Source: an uncultured Ruminococcus sp. (lineage in GTDB: Bacteria > Bacillota > Clostridia > Oscillospirales > CAG-272). From it: 64,000 bases of DNA. The stretch spans positions 4,442 to 68,441 of the forward strand of contig CAZUPI010000002.1 in the NCBI GenBank assembly GCA_964621755.1, in the 5' to 3' direction. The stretch's first letter is position 1, and each line of letters starts with the position of its first letter. This document shows positions 1 to 9,769 of the stretch, one piece after another. The notes beneath the pieces were generated by a model. It searched no databases, was not told where the DNA came from, and saw only the letters and a program-made list of their open reading frames with translations. The position numbers and the translations under genes are program-made.

Positions 1-790
1 CAAATATTCCACCGTAGAGGCAGTCGAACAAATACAGTGCGATTACCCCGCAGAGAAAGACAAGCACCATTGCAAGGCCCTTGTTCGTTCTGGTGAGGTT
101 GAACATAAACACGGGAACCATGTACAGCACGCACACAATCACGACCGGAATTGCGCGGACGCGTCTCGCCATCGCATAGCCGAGAACAATGCCGGTCACA
201 ACGATGACCGAAGCGACGGCAAACCGCATGAGCGTTTCTTCATTGTACGAATATGGATCTCCCGTGATATACTGCATATAAGTCGTGTATCCGGCGTCCG
301 CCATATTCGACAAAATGAGGTCGAACAGACGTCTGAACGATTCCATCACAAACCCAATGGGGTCTGTATAGGAGGCGAACAGATACGCCGCAATTCCGCC
401 GGCCAGCAGAAACGGCGAAGCAATACGGACAGCGCGATGCAGCGACAGGGCCATCATTACAACGGCGATAACAGCGCTCCACAGCGCCACAAAGGAGGGT
501 TCCACCACAATGGTATCGGCACGAGCATTGCTCAGGATGACGATTTTGGCGGCGTCACCGAAGAACAGTATAAGGCCGCAGACGCCGATAAAAAGTATGA
601 GCGTGCGCAGAATCAATCCCACAATGGTGTACGCTGTGGACATTTCCCCGGCCGGCGATACCGTTACCGTCGGCAAAGTCGACGCGGCACGCAGTTTCGC
701 CTTCCGCTTCTGCGCGGCGTCGATTTTCTGCTGCAAGGACTCGGTCTTCCGCTTTCTGCCCTTCCCCTGATTTTTGGCAATTTTATTCAT
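1..790 (-). CDS. Polytopic membrane protein, N-terminal part (open to the left window edge). It is the third gene of the MoxR-DUF58 operon, a position typical of a transglutaminase-like membrane partner.
   Basis: The gene is absent from the supplied ORF track because it runs off the edge. My own translation from the ATG at 788-790 gives MNKIAKNQGKGRKRKTESLQQKIDAAQKRKAKL. Several hydrophobic helices follow (TIVGLILRTLILFIGVCGLILFF, FVALWSAVIAVVMMALSL, VVIVCVLYMVPVFMF), and no stop occurs down to base 1. It lies 83 nt downstream of the DUF58 gene on the same strand. The transglutaminase assignment comes from operon context only. Confidence 0.6.
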   Translation of the reverse strand, partial: MNKIAKNQGKGRKRKTESLQQKIDAAQKRKAKLRAASTLPTVTVSPAGEMSTAYTIVGLILRTLILFIGVCGLILFFGDAAKIVILSNARADTIVVEPSFVALWSAVIAVVMMALSLHRAVRIASPFLLAGGIAAYLFASYTDPIGFVMESFRRLFDLILSNMADAGYTTYMQYITGDPYSYNEETLMRFAVASVIVVTGIVLGYAMARRVRAIPVVIVCVLYMVPVFMFNLTRTNKGLAMVLVFLCGVIALYLFDCLYGGIF

Positions 791-873
791 AATATCGTTT
801 TCCCTATCATCACAATCGTATAAAAGTTTTTACGGAGGGGATGAGACTCGTAAACGAATCTCAGTAATTCAAA

Positions 874-2583
874 TCAATTCGCAACCTTTCGAATTGAATA
901 GGAGCCGTTTTCATCCTTTGCCGTTTTTAACTCGGTGAGGTCGACGCCGTCCTGCGCGAGCCTGAGCCTGCACATTTCGACGTACTCGCGTCGTATTTTC
1001 ACATCCTCATAGCGGTCCTCAGGATTGAACAAGAGCACTTCCGCCACACATCCGGTTCCGGCGCCGCCGAAGAGCCCAGGTATCGCGCTGTAATTGTTGA
1101 GCGACAAAGGGTCTATATTGGATGTACAGATGCGGATGGTCACGTTCAGCGACTCGCCAATGAGGAGCAAAAGGTCTGAGATGCTCGTATTTTCCGGAGC
1201 CGCCGGAGCGGTCGAAAAAACAGAATAGATGCTATCGAAATCCTCAGGACAGGTCAGCTCAACCGCCACAATACCGGTATCCGACCGTGCGTCGTTCCAG
1301 ATAAGCGTCACATTATTGCCGTTTCGCAGCTCATTCAGCGTTGCGGCAATCGCCATTTCAACTACGCCGTCGGCACAGAATTCATCCATATCGGGCGCAT
1401 ATTCCGGCTTGATAATACCGCCGACTGCAAGCTGTGCTTTTGTCGCGTCCTCGGCCTTCTTCCGCTCTGCTTCCAGCGCTTCTGCGGCAAGGACCTCAGC
1501 GCTCTTGTGTTCTTCTGTCGGAGGCGCTTTTTTCTTCCCGAACAGCGGCTTTCTCTCACGCTTTTCCTTCGGTGCGGATTTGGAGCCCGCCGCAAAGTCA
1601 ATCATCTCATCAATTGCCGCTGCGTCATCGGCGCCCGTGCCGCTCATTCCGCCCTTCATACGGCTGGTCTTTTTCCGTTCCGCCCTTTCTGCGGCAATGG
1701 CAGCTTTATCCGGCTTGGCCGTCTTGAGCTTGACGCGCTTGTCCTTCGGTTTGCGCTTTGCTTCGCGCTCCGCCTTTTCCCGTTCGATGCGCGCGTCCTC
1801 ATCCTCGAACACCTCCGGCGGAATCGCACGGGAGAAGTCGCAGAGAACATACACGCTTTGGGACGTATTGGTGTTGAATTCCTTGACCATCAGAGTCGTC
1901 GGAGTTTTGGAAGACAGCTTCCAGTGAATGCTCTTGAGAGTATCCCCGGGAATATATTCGCGAATGTTGCCGATTTCCGCTTTTTCCGTGGAGAACACCA
2001 GCTTTGCGGAGTCATTCGGAATATCGGTAGCGGAGGTCGCCATTTTCATGTTCATGCCGAGCTTCCGCGGGAAAACCAAAACGTTGTTATAAATATCCAC
2101 GTCAAGCCGGATTGCGAACAGGCCGAGAAAGTCGCTGATATATAGGCACTTGACGCCGATTTCGTATGTGCCACGGTACTTGAAGTTTGTCGTATGATTC
2201 ACAATGTAGCTGCCCATCGGCGCGAGGCTCATTTTCATCGACTGCTCGGTACACCGGACGCCGTCCGGCTGCGGCACGCTGATTATCGCTTCTATAAACG
2301 GATAAGCAAACGGGGAGGCATTAATAATGCGCATTTCATATTCAACGGGCTCCAGCTTTTCTGTTTTGGTGATGTCCGACCCTACATAAATGCGGATGAG
2401 CGCCTTTCCGACAAGCACGTATATCACAGAGACAATCGGAAGGATCACAAGGAACCAAAACAGCATCGCGGACGCCTTTGCACGCAGCGCCTGCGTGAAA
2501 ATCAGTCCGAATACGAGTAAAAACGCATAGAGCACCGCCGCCTTGCTGAATTTAACCGCCGGTTTTTTATTATAATTATCCAT
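874..2583 (-). CDS. DUF58 (vWA-like) protein, MoxR partner, with a large charged insertion
   Basis: 569 aa. Two N-terminal TM helices are present. The DUF58 signature is IREYIPGDTLKSIHWKLSSKTPTTLMVKEF. It lies directly downstream of the MoxR ATPase. Confidence 0.85.
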   Translation of the reverse strand: MDNYNKKPAVKFSKAAVLYAFLLVFGLIFTQALRAKASAMLFWFLVILPIVSVIYVLVGKALIRIYVGSDITKTEKLEPVEYEMRIINASPFAYPFIEAIISVPQPDGVRCTEQSMKMSLAPMGSYIVNHTTNFKYRGTYEIGVKCLYISDFLGLFAIRLDVDIYNNVLVFPRKLGMNMKMATSATDIPNDSAKLVFSTEKAEIGNIREYIPGDTLKSIHWKLSSKTPTTLMVKEFNTNTSQSVYVLCDFSRAIPPEVFEDEDARIEREKAEREAKRKPKDKRVKLKTAKPDKAAIAAERAERKKTSRMKGGMSGTGADDAAAIDEMIDFAAGSKSAPKEKRERKPLFGKKKAPPTEEHKSAEVLAAEALEAERKKAEDATKAQLAVGGIIKPEYAPDMDEFCADGVVEMAIAATLNELRNGNNVTLIWNDARSDTGIVAVELTCPEDFDSIYSVFSTAPAAPENTSISDLLLLIGESLNVTIRICTSNIDPLSLNNYSAIPGLFGGAGTGCVAEVLLFNPEDRYEDVKIRREYVEMCRLRLAQDGVDLTELKTAKDENGSYSIRKVAN

Positions 2584-2646
2584 GTTTTCTCGTTTCTACA
2601 AAAATATTGTGAATGCAAATTTTGGGGTGCGTGATAAACCCTGCGT

Positions 2647-3624
2647 TTATCTCTTGGTCTTATAAGGAGCCTCTACGCTGCGGAGGATTTCCGCCAGAAT
2701 GTCGTTCTGGGATTCGCGGTTAAGACGCGCCTCCTGAGAAAGAACGATACGGTGCGCGATACCGGGTGTGAAGACAAACGCAATATCATCCGGAAGGACA
2801 TAATCCCGTCCGCGAAGGAACGCATATGCCTGCGAGAGCTTCATGAGGAGAAGGGATGCGCGCGGAGACGCGCCCAAGGAGAGCTTTGTCGACTTACGGG
2901 TTGCATGGATGAGCTTGACAATGTAGCGACAGATTTCGGGTTCAAGAGCCACGTTCTGCACGGACGCGCGAATTCCGCGGATTGCCTCGACGCTGGTGAT
3001 GGGATTGACCTTTTCGAGCGGATTGATGCCGCGGCGGTCAGAAATGATGTTCACTTCTTCATCCTCGGTCGGATAGCCCATAGACAGGCGGATGGCGAAT
3101 CGGTCGAGCTGCGCTTCCGGAAGTGGGTATGTACCGACGTATCCGGTCGGGTTCTGCGTTGCGATGACCATAAACGGGTCCGGCACCCGATAAGTCGTGC
3201 CGTCGACGGTTACTTTCGCTTCTTCCATTGCCTCGAGAAGCGCGGACTGCGTCTTTGGCGAAGCACGGTTGATTTCGTCTGCAAGAAGGATATTCGTCAT
3301 AACGAGACCTTCACGGAATTCAAACTGTTCTTTTTGTCTGTTGTATACATTAAATCCAGTGATATCGGACGCCATGACGTCGGGGGTAAACTGCGCTCTG
3401 TTAAAGTCGAGTCCAGCTGCTCTCGCAAGTGCTGCTGCAAGGGTCGTTTTACCCGTGCCCGGTACGTCCTCGATTAACACGTGGCCGCCGGACAGCATCG
3501 CCGTAACGAGCAGCACAATTTCGTTGTGCTTACCGATGACAACCTTCTCAACCTCCGCAATCAGCGCCTGTGCGGACTTGTACGAGATTTCGTTTACTTC
3601 AATTCTGTTTTCGCTGTTTGCCAT
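2647..3624 (-). CDS. MoxR-family AAA+ ATPase
   Basis: 325 aa. Walker A context is GHVLIEDVPGTGKTTLAAALARA. The Walker B/sensor region is LLADEINRASPKTQSALLEAMEE. Length and layout are typical of the AAA_3 family. Confidence 0.95.
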   Translation of the reverse strand: MANSENRIEVNEISYKSAQALIAEVEKVVIGKHNEIVLLVTAMLSGGHVLIEDVPGTGKTTLAAALARAAGLDFNRAQFTPDVMASDITGFNVYNRQKEQFEFREGLVMTNILLADEINRASPKTQSALLEAMEEAKVTVDGTTYRVPDPFMVIATQNPTGYVGTYPLPEAQLDRFAIRLSMGYPTEDEEVNIISDRRGINPLEKVNPITSVEAIRGIRASVQNVALEPEICRYIVKLIHATRKSTKLSLGASPRASLLLMKLSQAYAFLRGRDYVLPDDIAFVFTPGIAHRIVLSQEARLNRESQNDILAEILRSVEAPYKTKR

Positions 3625-3779
3625 TTCTCCTGCTGCGGATTTGTACCGCTTCCTCCGTATACATTTTTGATTTTAATCTTATCGAATATTTTATCATAGT
3701 TTTTTTATAAATACAATAGTGTCCGCATAAAAAGTATGTATTTTTGTCACTATTGCCAACAAGTTTTTTTGAATTTTTG

Positions 3780-3808
3780 TTGTATTACATAATTTTTTAT
3801 GTTATACT
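3780..3808 (+). promoter_or_regulatory. Candidate sigma-A promoter for the FAD-oxidoreductase cluster
   Basis: TTGTAT (3780-3785), a 17-nt spacer, then TATACT (3803-3808), in the AT-rich divergent intergenic region about 80 nt upstream of the ATG at 3887. Confidence 0.35.
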
Positions 3809-3886
3809 ATGTTGAATTGAAATGGCTGCGGCACTTTTCGATAGAATTCTGCCGTAAAAAAACCGTTCACACAAAGGAAACTCGCT

Positions 3887-5344
3887 ATGATATACGACGT
3901 ACTGATTATAGGCGCAGGTTGTACCGGTGTCATGACCGCTCGCCTGCTCTCTACCAAAAACTGCACAGTCGCTGTTGCCGAAGCCGGATGCGATGTTGCA
4001 ATGGGCGCGACATGCGCCAACTCTGCCATTGTCCACGCCGGATATGATGCTAAGCCCAGCACACTCAAGGCCAAGCTCAACGTCCGCGGCAACAAGCTGA
4101 TGAAGGAACTTGCCAAACAACTTGACGTTCCGCTCCGCAAGGTCGGTTCGCACGTTGTCGGATTCGGAGACGCCGACCTGAAAACCCTCCATGAGCTTTA
4201 TGACCGCGGTATAGCAAATGGCGTTCCAAACTTAAAAATCATCGGGCAGGATGAGCTCCGCCACATGGAGCCGAACATTTCCCCCGAGGCAACAGCGTCC
4301 CTTTGGGCCCCCTCCGCCGCCATCACCTGCCCATATGGGATTACCATTGCGGCTGCTGAAAACGCGGTTACAAACGGTGTGGACTTTTACTTTAACTTCT
4401 GCGTCTCAGGCGCCTCTAGGGCCGGAGATGTTTACTACGTCTCAAACGGCACGGATACCATCGCCGCACGGTATATTGTAAACTGTGCCGGAGTGAATTC
4501 CGTGAAAGTAGCCGAAATCCTCGGAGAAAACGATTTCCCGATTACCATCATTCCGCGCCGCGGCGAGTACATCGTTCTCGACAAGGCGTGCGGCGGCATG
4601 GCGAACTCCACCCTGTTCGTATGTCCGTCTGACCGCGGCAAGGGCATTCTCGTAAGCCCGACCGTCGACGGAAACCTTCTCATTGGCCCGAACGCTTACC
4701 CCATTGAGGATGGCGACGACAAGAGCACCACCGCGCCCGGGCTCGACGAAATCACCACAGGCGCGCACCGCATCATGCCCTCGGTCAACACGAGAATGGC
4801 GATAACCTCGTTCGCAGGAGTCCGCGCCACACCGAACATTTACGATTTCTACCTCAAAGTATCTGACCAACTCCGCAGCGTGGTTCATGCAGTCGGCGTG
4901 GAATCCCCGGGATTTGCGTCCTCACCTGCCACCGCGGAATACCTCGTCGAGCTTCTCGCAGAAGCAGGTCTTGAATTGACTGACCGCGATGACTACATCC
5001 CGACCAGACGTGCGGACGGCAATCACAAGCAGTTCAACCATATGACTGACGAAGAAAAAGCCGAAGCGTGCCGCAGAAATCCTGCATACGGCAAAATCAT
5101 CTGCCGCTGCGAGACGGTAACGGAAGGCGACATCGTCGACATGATTCACGCACCGATTCCCGCGGTCACCATCGACATGATGAAAAAGCGTCTGCGCGCC
5201 GGAATGGGCAGATGCCAGGGCGGGTTCTGCTCCCCGAGAGTCGCCGCGCTCATCGCAGAGGAAACCGGCACGTCACTCGATACCGTTACCAAATCCGGCA
5301 GCGGTTCATGGCTTGTGGAAAAGCGCAAGGGAGGTAAGGAATAA
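3887..5344 (+). CDS. FAD-dependent oxidoreductase, glycerol-3-phosphate dehydrogenase (GlpA)-like, with a BFD-like [2Fe-2S] domain
   Basis: 485 aa. The N-terminal dinucleotide fold is YDVLIIGAGCTGV. The C-terminal motifs are CRCETVTEGDIVDMI and GRCQGGFC. Confidence 0.85.
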   Translation: MIYDVLIIGAGCTGVMTARLLSTKNCTVAVAEAGCDVAMGATCANSAIVHAGYDAKPSTLKAKLNVRGNKLMKELAKQLDVPLRKVGSHVVGFGDADLKTLHELYDRGIANGVPNLKIIGQDELRHMEPNISPEATASLWAPSAAITCPYGITIAAAENAVTNGVDFYFNFCVSGASRAGDVYYVSNGTDTIAARYIVNCAGVNSVKVAEILGENDFPITIIPRRGEYIVLDKACGGMANSTLFVCPSDRGKGILVSPTVDGNLLIGPNAYPIEDGDDKSTTAPGLDEITTGAHRIMPSVNTRMAITSFAGVRATPNIYDFYLKVSDQLRSVVHAVGVESPGFASSPATAEYLVELLAEAGLELTDRDDYIPTRRADGNHKQFNHMTDEEKAEACRRNPAYGKIICRCETVTEGDIVDMIHAPIPAVTIDMMKKRLRAGMGRCQGGFCSPRVAALIAEETGTSLDTVTKSGSGSWLVEKRKGGKE

Positions 5345-6639
5345 TGCACAAGAAATTAATCATCATCGGCGGCGGTCCGGCAGGTCTTGCCGCAGCATGC
5401 GCCGCAGTTCGCCGCGGTCTTGCCCCCGAAGAGGTACTCGTGCTCGAGCGTGACGGCGAACCGGGCGGGATCTTGAACCAGTGCATCCACGCCGGATTCG
5501 GTCTGCACCGCTTCGGAGAAGAACTTTCCGGTCCCGAATACGCCGGACGGTACGTCAAAATGGCGCGTGAAGCAGGTGTTTCCATTCAAACAAACTGCAT
5601 GGTTCTCTCTCTGACGAACGACCGTCGTGTAACCTTCGTCTCCCCTGAGCTTGGATACGTCACCGCGACAGCGGATGCAGTCATCCTCGCAATGGGATGC
5701 CGTGAAAGAACGCGCGGCGCATTGAACATACCAGGTTCCCGTCCGTCCGGCATTTATACCGCCGGATGCGCACAGAGATATATTAATATTGAAGGCTTCA
5801 TGCCGGGCAACCGTGTGGTTATCCTCGGTTCCGGCGACATCGGACTTATTATGGCGCGCCGTATGACTCTTGAAGGCGCGAAGGTGCTGACGGTCTGCGA
5901 AATCATGCCGTATTCAGGCGGTCTGGCGCGCAACATTGTACAGTGCCTCGACGACTTTGGAATCCCGCTCCGTCTCTCCCATACGGTCACGCAGATTCAC
6001 GGCAAGGAGCGCGTGGAAGGCGTCACCATCGCCGCTGTGGATGAAGCGAACGGCAGACACCCCATTCCGGGAACGGAAGAATACATCGCATGCGACACGC
6101 TTCTCTTATCAGTCGGTCTGATTCCGGAAAACGAACTGACAACAGGGGCAGGCATCGCGCTTGACAGAATGACCAACGGCGCGACGGTAAACCAGTTCCG
6201 CGAAACCGAAGCGGACGGCATCTACGCCTGCGGCAACGTTCTCCACGTACACGACTTAGTCGACTACGTATCCGAGGAAGCCGATATTGCCGGTACGCAC
6301 GCGGCAGCAAAAATTCTCGGCGAAGCCGGCACAGTCGTCAAATCCGTTGACGTAAAGACCGGATTCGGCGTACGCTATACTGTTCCCGAGAGAATCGACA
6401 TCACCGATACGGCGGAAGCGGTACGCGTGTTCTTCCGCGTGACCGACGTATACAAAAAGGTGCAGTTCATCATTGAAACAGAGTCCGGAGAAGTCATCGT
6501 AAAGAAGGCAAAGAGCGCGGCAGCCCCCGGCGAGATGGAATCGCTGGAAATTCCGGCCGATAAAATAGAAGCGCTCGCAAAATCGGATGACAAGTACATT
6601 ACCGTATCCTTACGCGAAATGGGAGGCAGTGACAAATGA
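5344..6639 (+). CDS. NAD(P)/FAD-dependent (pyridine nucleotide-disulfide type) oxidoreductase, partner of the GlpA-like protein
   Basis: 431 aa. The first fold is KKLIIIGGGPAGLAAA and the second Rossmann motif is VVILGSGDIGL. The start overlaps the upstream stop by 1 nt (TAATG). Confidence 0.8.
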   Translation: MHKKLIIIGGGPAGLAAACAAVRRGLAPEEVLVLERDGEPGGILNQCIHAGFGLHRFGEELSGPEYAGRYVKMAREAGVSIQTNCMVLSLTNDRRVTFVSPELGYVTATADAVILAMGCRERTRGALNIPGSRPSGIYTAGCAQRYINIEGFMPGNRVVILGSGDIGLIMARRMTLEGAKVLTVCEIMPYSGGLARNIVQCLDDFGIPLRLSHTVTQIHGKERVEGVTIAAVDEANGRHPIPGTEEYIACDTLLLSVGLIPENELTTGAGIALDRMTNGATVNQFRETEADGIYACGNVLHVHDLVDYVSEEADIAGTHAAAKILGEAGTVVKSVDVKTGFGVRYTVPERIDITDTAEAVRVFFRVTDVYKKVQFIIETESGEVIVKKAKSAAAPGEMESLEIPADKIEALAKSDDKYITVSLREMGGSDK

Positions 6640-7001
6640 TTACAAAAGAACTCACCTGCGTGGTATGTCCCGCTGGATGCAGAATCACCGTTACACTTGA
6701 CGAAAACAACAAAGTAGTCGACGTAACCGGTCAAACCTGCGTCCGCGGCAAAAAGTACGCGGAAAGCGAAGTCACAAACCCCGTCCGCACCCTGACCTCG
6801 ACAGTCACGGTCATTACAAAAGACGGTGCAAAAATGCTTCCCGTCCGCACAGACAAACCAATACCGCGCCCGACTCTATTCGACGCCATGAAAATCGTCC
6901 GCAGCATAAAAGCAGTTGCCCCCGTCCATACAGGCGACGTCATCGCGGCAAACTTCATCGAAGAGGGTACGAATCTTATTGCCTGCAAAGATATTGAGTG
7001 A
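6636..7001 (+). CDS. DUF1667 small Cys-rich protein, third member of the oxidoreductase trio
   Basis: 121 aa. The motifs are CVVCPAGC and GQTCVRGKKYA. It has a 4-nt ATGA overlap with the upstream gene. Confidence 0.75.
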   Translation: MITKELTCVVCPAGCRITVTLDENNKVVDVTGQTCVRGKKYAESEVTNPVRTLTSTVTVITKDGAKMLPVRTDKPIPRPTLFDAMKIVRSIKAVAPVHTGDVIAANFIEEGTNLIACKDIE

Positions 7002-7006
7002 TTGAA

Positions 7007-7050
7007 AATATATTAGAGGAGCTTTTTGAAAAAAGCTCCTCTAATATATT
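7007..7050. terminator. Bidirectional rho-independent terminator between convergent genes
   Basis: A perfect 20-bp stem (7007-7026 pairs with 7031-7050), AATATATTAGAGGAGCTTTT / AAAAGCTCCTCTAATATATT, with a 4-nt loop. A/T runs lie on both sides. Confidence 0.8.
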
Positions 7051-7068
7051 CCTTCTATATTTAACCAA

Positions 7069-8295
7069 TTAATATCTCCGCGGCGGTGTCTGGCCACCGT
7101 TTTGATTCTTGCCCATGTTGAGCATTTTGATGATTTCGTTAAAGTCGTCTTCCGAGATAGGGGAGTCGTCGTCCTTCTTATCGGACTCGTCCTCTTCTGT
7201 CGGCGCGGTCTTATGAGATTTCTGCTGTTCCACAACTTTCACATTCTGTTTCGCGTTGGGGCTTATTTTCCCCGATGCGAACGGACGGAGGGACGCTGCT
7301 TCCGCCTTTTTATTAAAAGAGGAGTCAGCCTCGTTCTTGTTTTCAAATCCGGTTGCGATGATGGTGACTTTCATCGTCTCTTGCAATTCAGGGTCGAACG
7401 CTGCGCCCCAAATGACAGTCGCGTCGTCTGCAGCTTCACTGGTAATGAGAGACGATGCAATTTCGATATCGTCAAGTCCGATGTCCGGCGACGCGGTGAT
7501 GCTGATAAGAATTCCCTTTGCACCGGAGATAGTCGTTTCGAGAAGCGGACTGGAAATCGCACCTCTTGCAGCTTCCTCTGCCATCCCCTTTCCGGACGCT
7601 TCGCCAACACCCATGTGCGCATATCCCGCATCCTTCATGATGGCGGTCACGTCTGCGAAGTCAAGGTTTATGTATTCGGGAATGTTGATAAGCTCTGAAA
7701 TACTCTGTACGCCATGGCGCAGAACGTCATCCGCAATCTGGAACGCGTTCATCAGCGTGATTTTTTCTTCAACCTCTTTCAGTCTCTCGTTCGGGATGAT
7801 AATGAGCGAGTCTACGTACTGCTTGAGATTTTCAATCCCCATTTCCGCCTGGTCCATTCTCTTTTTTCTTTCAAAGTTGAACGGCTTGGTGACAATTCCC
7901 ACCGTGAGGATACCCATTTCCTGCGCAATACGAGCAACGACCGGAGCCGCTCCCGTACCTGTGCCGCCGCCCATGCCGGCTGTGATAAATACCATGTCAG
8001 CACCTTGAAGAGCCTCTTTAATCTGTTCGCTGCTCTCCTCGGCAGCAGCGGCGCCAATGTCGGGATTTGAGCCCGCACCCTTGCCCTTGGCGGTTCTCTC
8101 ACCGATGGCAATCTGCTTGGGGGCGCTGGATTTGGCAAGCGCCTGCATGTCCGTATTGATGGCGATAAATTCGACGCCACGGACATTCGTAGTAATCATT
8201 CTGTTCAGGGCATTGTTACCGCCGCCTCCGACACCTACAACCTTTATATTTACACCGCTTTCATAGTTGCTATCATTATCAAAATCAAATGGCAT
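7069..8295 (-). CDS. ftsZ: Cell division GTPase FtsZ
   Basis: The motifs are [13 protein letters not shown] and the tubulin signature [13 protein letters not shown]. The ORF track starts at 8301, but the AAGGAGGG SD sits 2 nt from that ATG and 8 nt from the ATG at 8295 (MPFDFDND), so I prefer 8295. Confidence 0.97.
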   Translation of the reverse strand: MPFDFDNDSNYESGVNIKVVGVGGGGNNALNRMITTNVRGVEFIAINTDMQALAKSSAPKQIAIGERTAKGKGAGSNPDIGAAAAEESSEQIKEALQGADMVFITAGMGGGTGTGAAPVVARIAQEMGILTVGIVTKPFNFERKKRMDQAEMGIENLKQYVDSLIIIPNERLKEVEEKITLMNAFQIADDVLRHGVQSISELINIPEYINLDFADVTAIMKDAGYAHMGVGEASGKGMAEEAARGAISSPLLETTISGAKGILISITASPDIGLDDIEIASSLITSEAADDATVIWGAAFDPELQETMKVTIIATGFENKNEADSSFNKKAEAASLRPFASGKISPNAKQNVKVVEQQKSHKTAPTEEDESDKKDDDSPISEDDFNEIIKMLNMGKNQNGGQTPPRRY

Positions 8296-8501
8296 CCCCA
8301 TGCCCTCCTTGTCCGGATTTTGTCTTATTTATTTTTGGTCAAATCTTTACCCATAATTAAAACATTATACTACATTATATAATACAATATGTCCGAAAAA
8401 TTTGCAATACTTTTTTTGAAAATAATTTTGAAATTCGTAATTTTATCGATGGGAATGAGCCCAAATGCTTGTCCCCACGGGGACATTTTCCTGAAAAAGT
8501 T

Positions 8502-9716
8502 TTAGTCCACAACCAGCCTGATATCGTACCGGACACTGGCCTCACCGACTTCGCTGATATCAATGGTAGCTGGGACCTCACGGTCGAATGCTGTATTTCC
8601 TATCGTTTTATACGCCATGCGGAGCTTGAGGTCACAGTCCGTCTCCGTGCCGACACGAAGGATATACTTTCCGTCGCAGTTTATCGTAATGCCATACTTG
8701 TCCGACAAGTCGATTTTGGTGATTCTGCCTTCCATACCGAGCGAGGATTTGCTCACCGACGACAGGACACTCTTGATATACCTCTCGTCCCGTTCGTCCG
8801 TGAAAGTAATCGTTCTTCCCGCAACCGAATATTTTATCGCCGGAAGCACCAGCTTTGTGAGTCCGGCGGCTCTGGCGCCTCCCTCATCCGTTACCGATAA
8901 AACCCGAAGTCCAGCCGACATCTCGACAATATCTCCGTAAATATTGGCATAATAGACCGCCGTGTCATCCTCTACCACAATCGCAACCGAATTCGGTACG
9001 GTCCGCGAAATCTGCACCGACTTGATGTACGGACAAAGGAATGTGATGCCTTCTGCCGCTTGTCCGGCCTGGAAGGAATAGAGGTTGTCCCCAATCTCGA
9101 ATCCGGCGGCAGCTATAACTTCGGACTCAGAGTAAATCTCGGACCCGCTCACATCCACGTCAGATATCACGAAAAATACGGAATACACGAACGCCACAAA
9201 CAGTGCGGAGACAACCAGCAGAATGAGCGCCGTAAACAGTGCGTGGCGGTTTTCCGTAGACCTTTTCCGCGCAATCGCCTGTTCTTTCGCGTCATCCTCG
9301 TCGCGCTTTCCCTTCGCTTCAATGGATTCGAACATGCTGACTATTTGCTCAAGGAAGAGTCTGAGCGGCATCTGCTTCACCGCTTCGCCGCCGTACACCC
9401 GTCCCGGTCGGTAGATGTATTCATTTCCCGCATCGTCCGTATATCCGACGGTCTTCTCTGCGGATTGGCTGGCATATGTTCGCTTCCGTTCGGGGTTGGC
9501 ACGCAAATACGCTTCCGCCCGCGCCCGTTGACTTTCCGCAAAAGCCTTTCCGAAGGGACGTTCCGCCCCGCCGGCTTTCTTCTGTGTTCCTGCATGTACG
9601 TCATGTGAGGCGCAGGTGCCGTATTCTCTTAAAATCTGTCTTGATTTTGAATCCTTGCTGCAAATCCGGTCGTAAATATACATGACGTTTTGGGGTTCCT
9701 TCTGTCTGTCCTGCAT
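8502..9716 (-). CDS. ftsQ: FtsQ/DivIB-type division protein (TM plus POTRA) with a long N-terminal tail
   Basis: 404 aa. The TM helix is ALFTALILLVVSALFVAFVYSVFFVI. A POTRA-like segment follows: ISDVDVSGSEIYSESEVIAAAGFEIGDNLYSF. The SD AAGGAGG lies 6 nt upstream of the ATG at 9716. It holds the canonical dcw position between murG and ftsZ. Confidence 0.75.
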   Translation of the reverse strand: MQDRQKEPQNVMYIYDRICSKDSKSRQILREYGTCASHDVHAGTQKKAGGAERPFGKAFAESQRARAEAYLRANPERKRTYASQSAEKTVGYTDDAGNEYIYRPGRVYGGEAVKQMPLRLFLEQIVSMFESIEAKGKRDEDDAKEQAIARKRSTENRHALFTALILLVVSALFVAFVYSVFFVISDVDVSGSEIYSESEVIAAAGFEIGDNLYSFQAGQAAEGITFLCPYIKSVQISRTVPNSVAIVVEDDTAVYYANIYGDIVEMSAGLRVLSVTDEGGARAAGLTKLVLPAIKYSVAGRTITFTDERDERYIKSVLSSVSKSSLGMEGRITKIDLSDKYGITINCDGKYILRVGTETDCDLKLRMAYKTIGNTAFDREVPATIDISEVGEASVRYDIRLVVD

Positions 9717-9769
9717 GCCGCGCCTCCTTTCGGCAACGTAAACTTATGATGATAAAGTTTTCTAAAAAA

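Noticed and set aside
8470-8485. The hairpin TGTCCCCACGGGGACA just after the ftsQ stop, considered as a terminator separating ftsQ from ftsZ.
   Set aside because: The stem is short, and on the transcribed (minus) strand no U-tract follows. It may be a weak pause or processing site at best.
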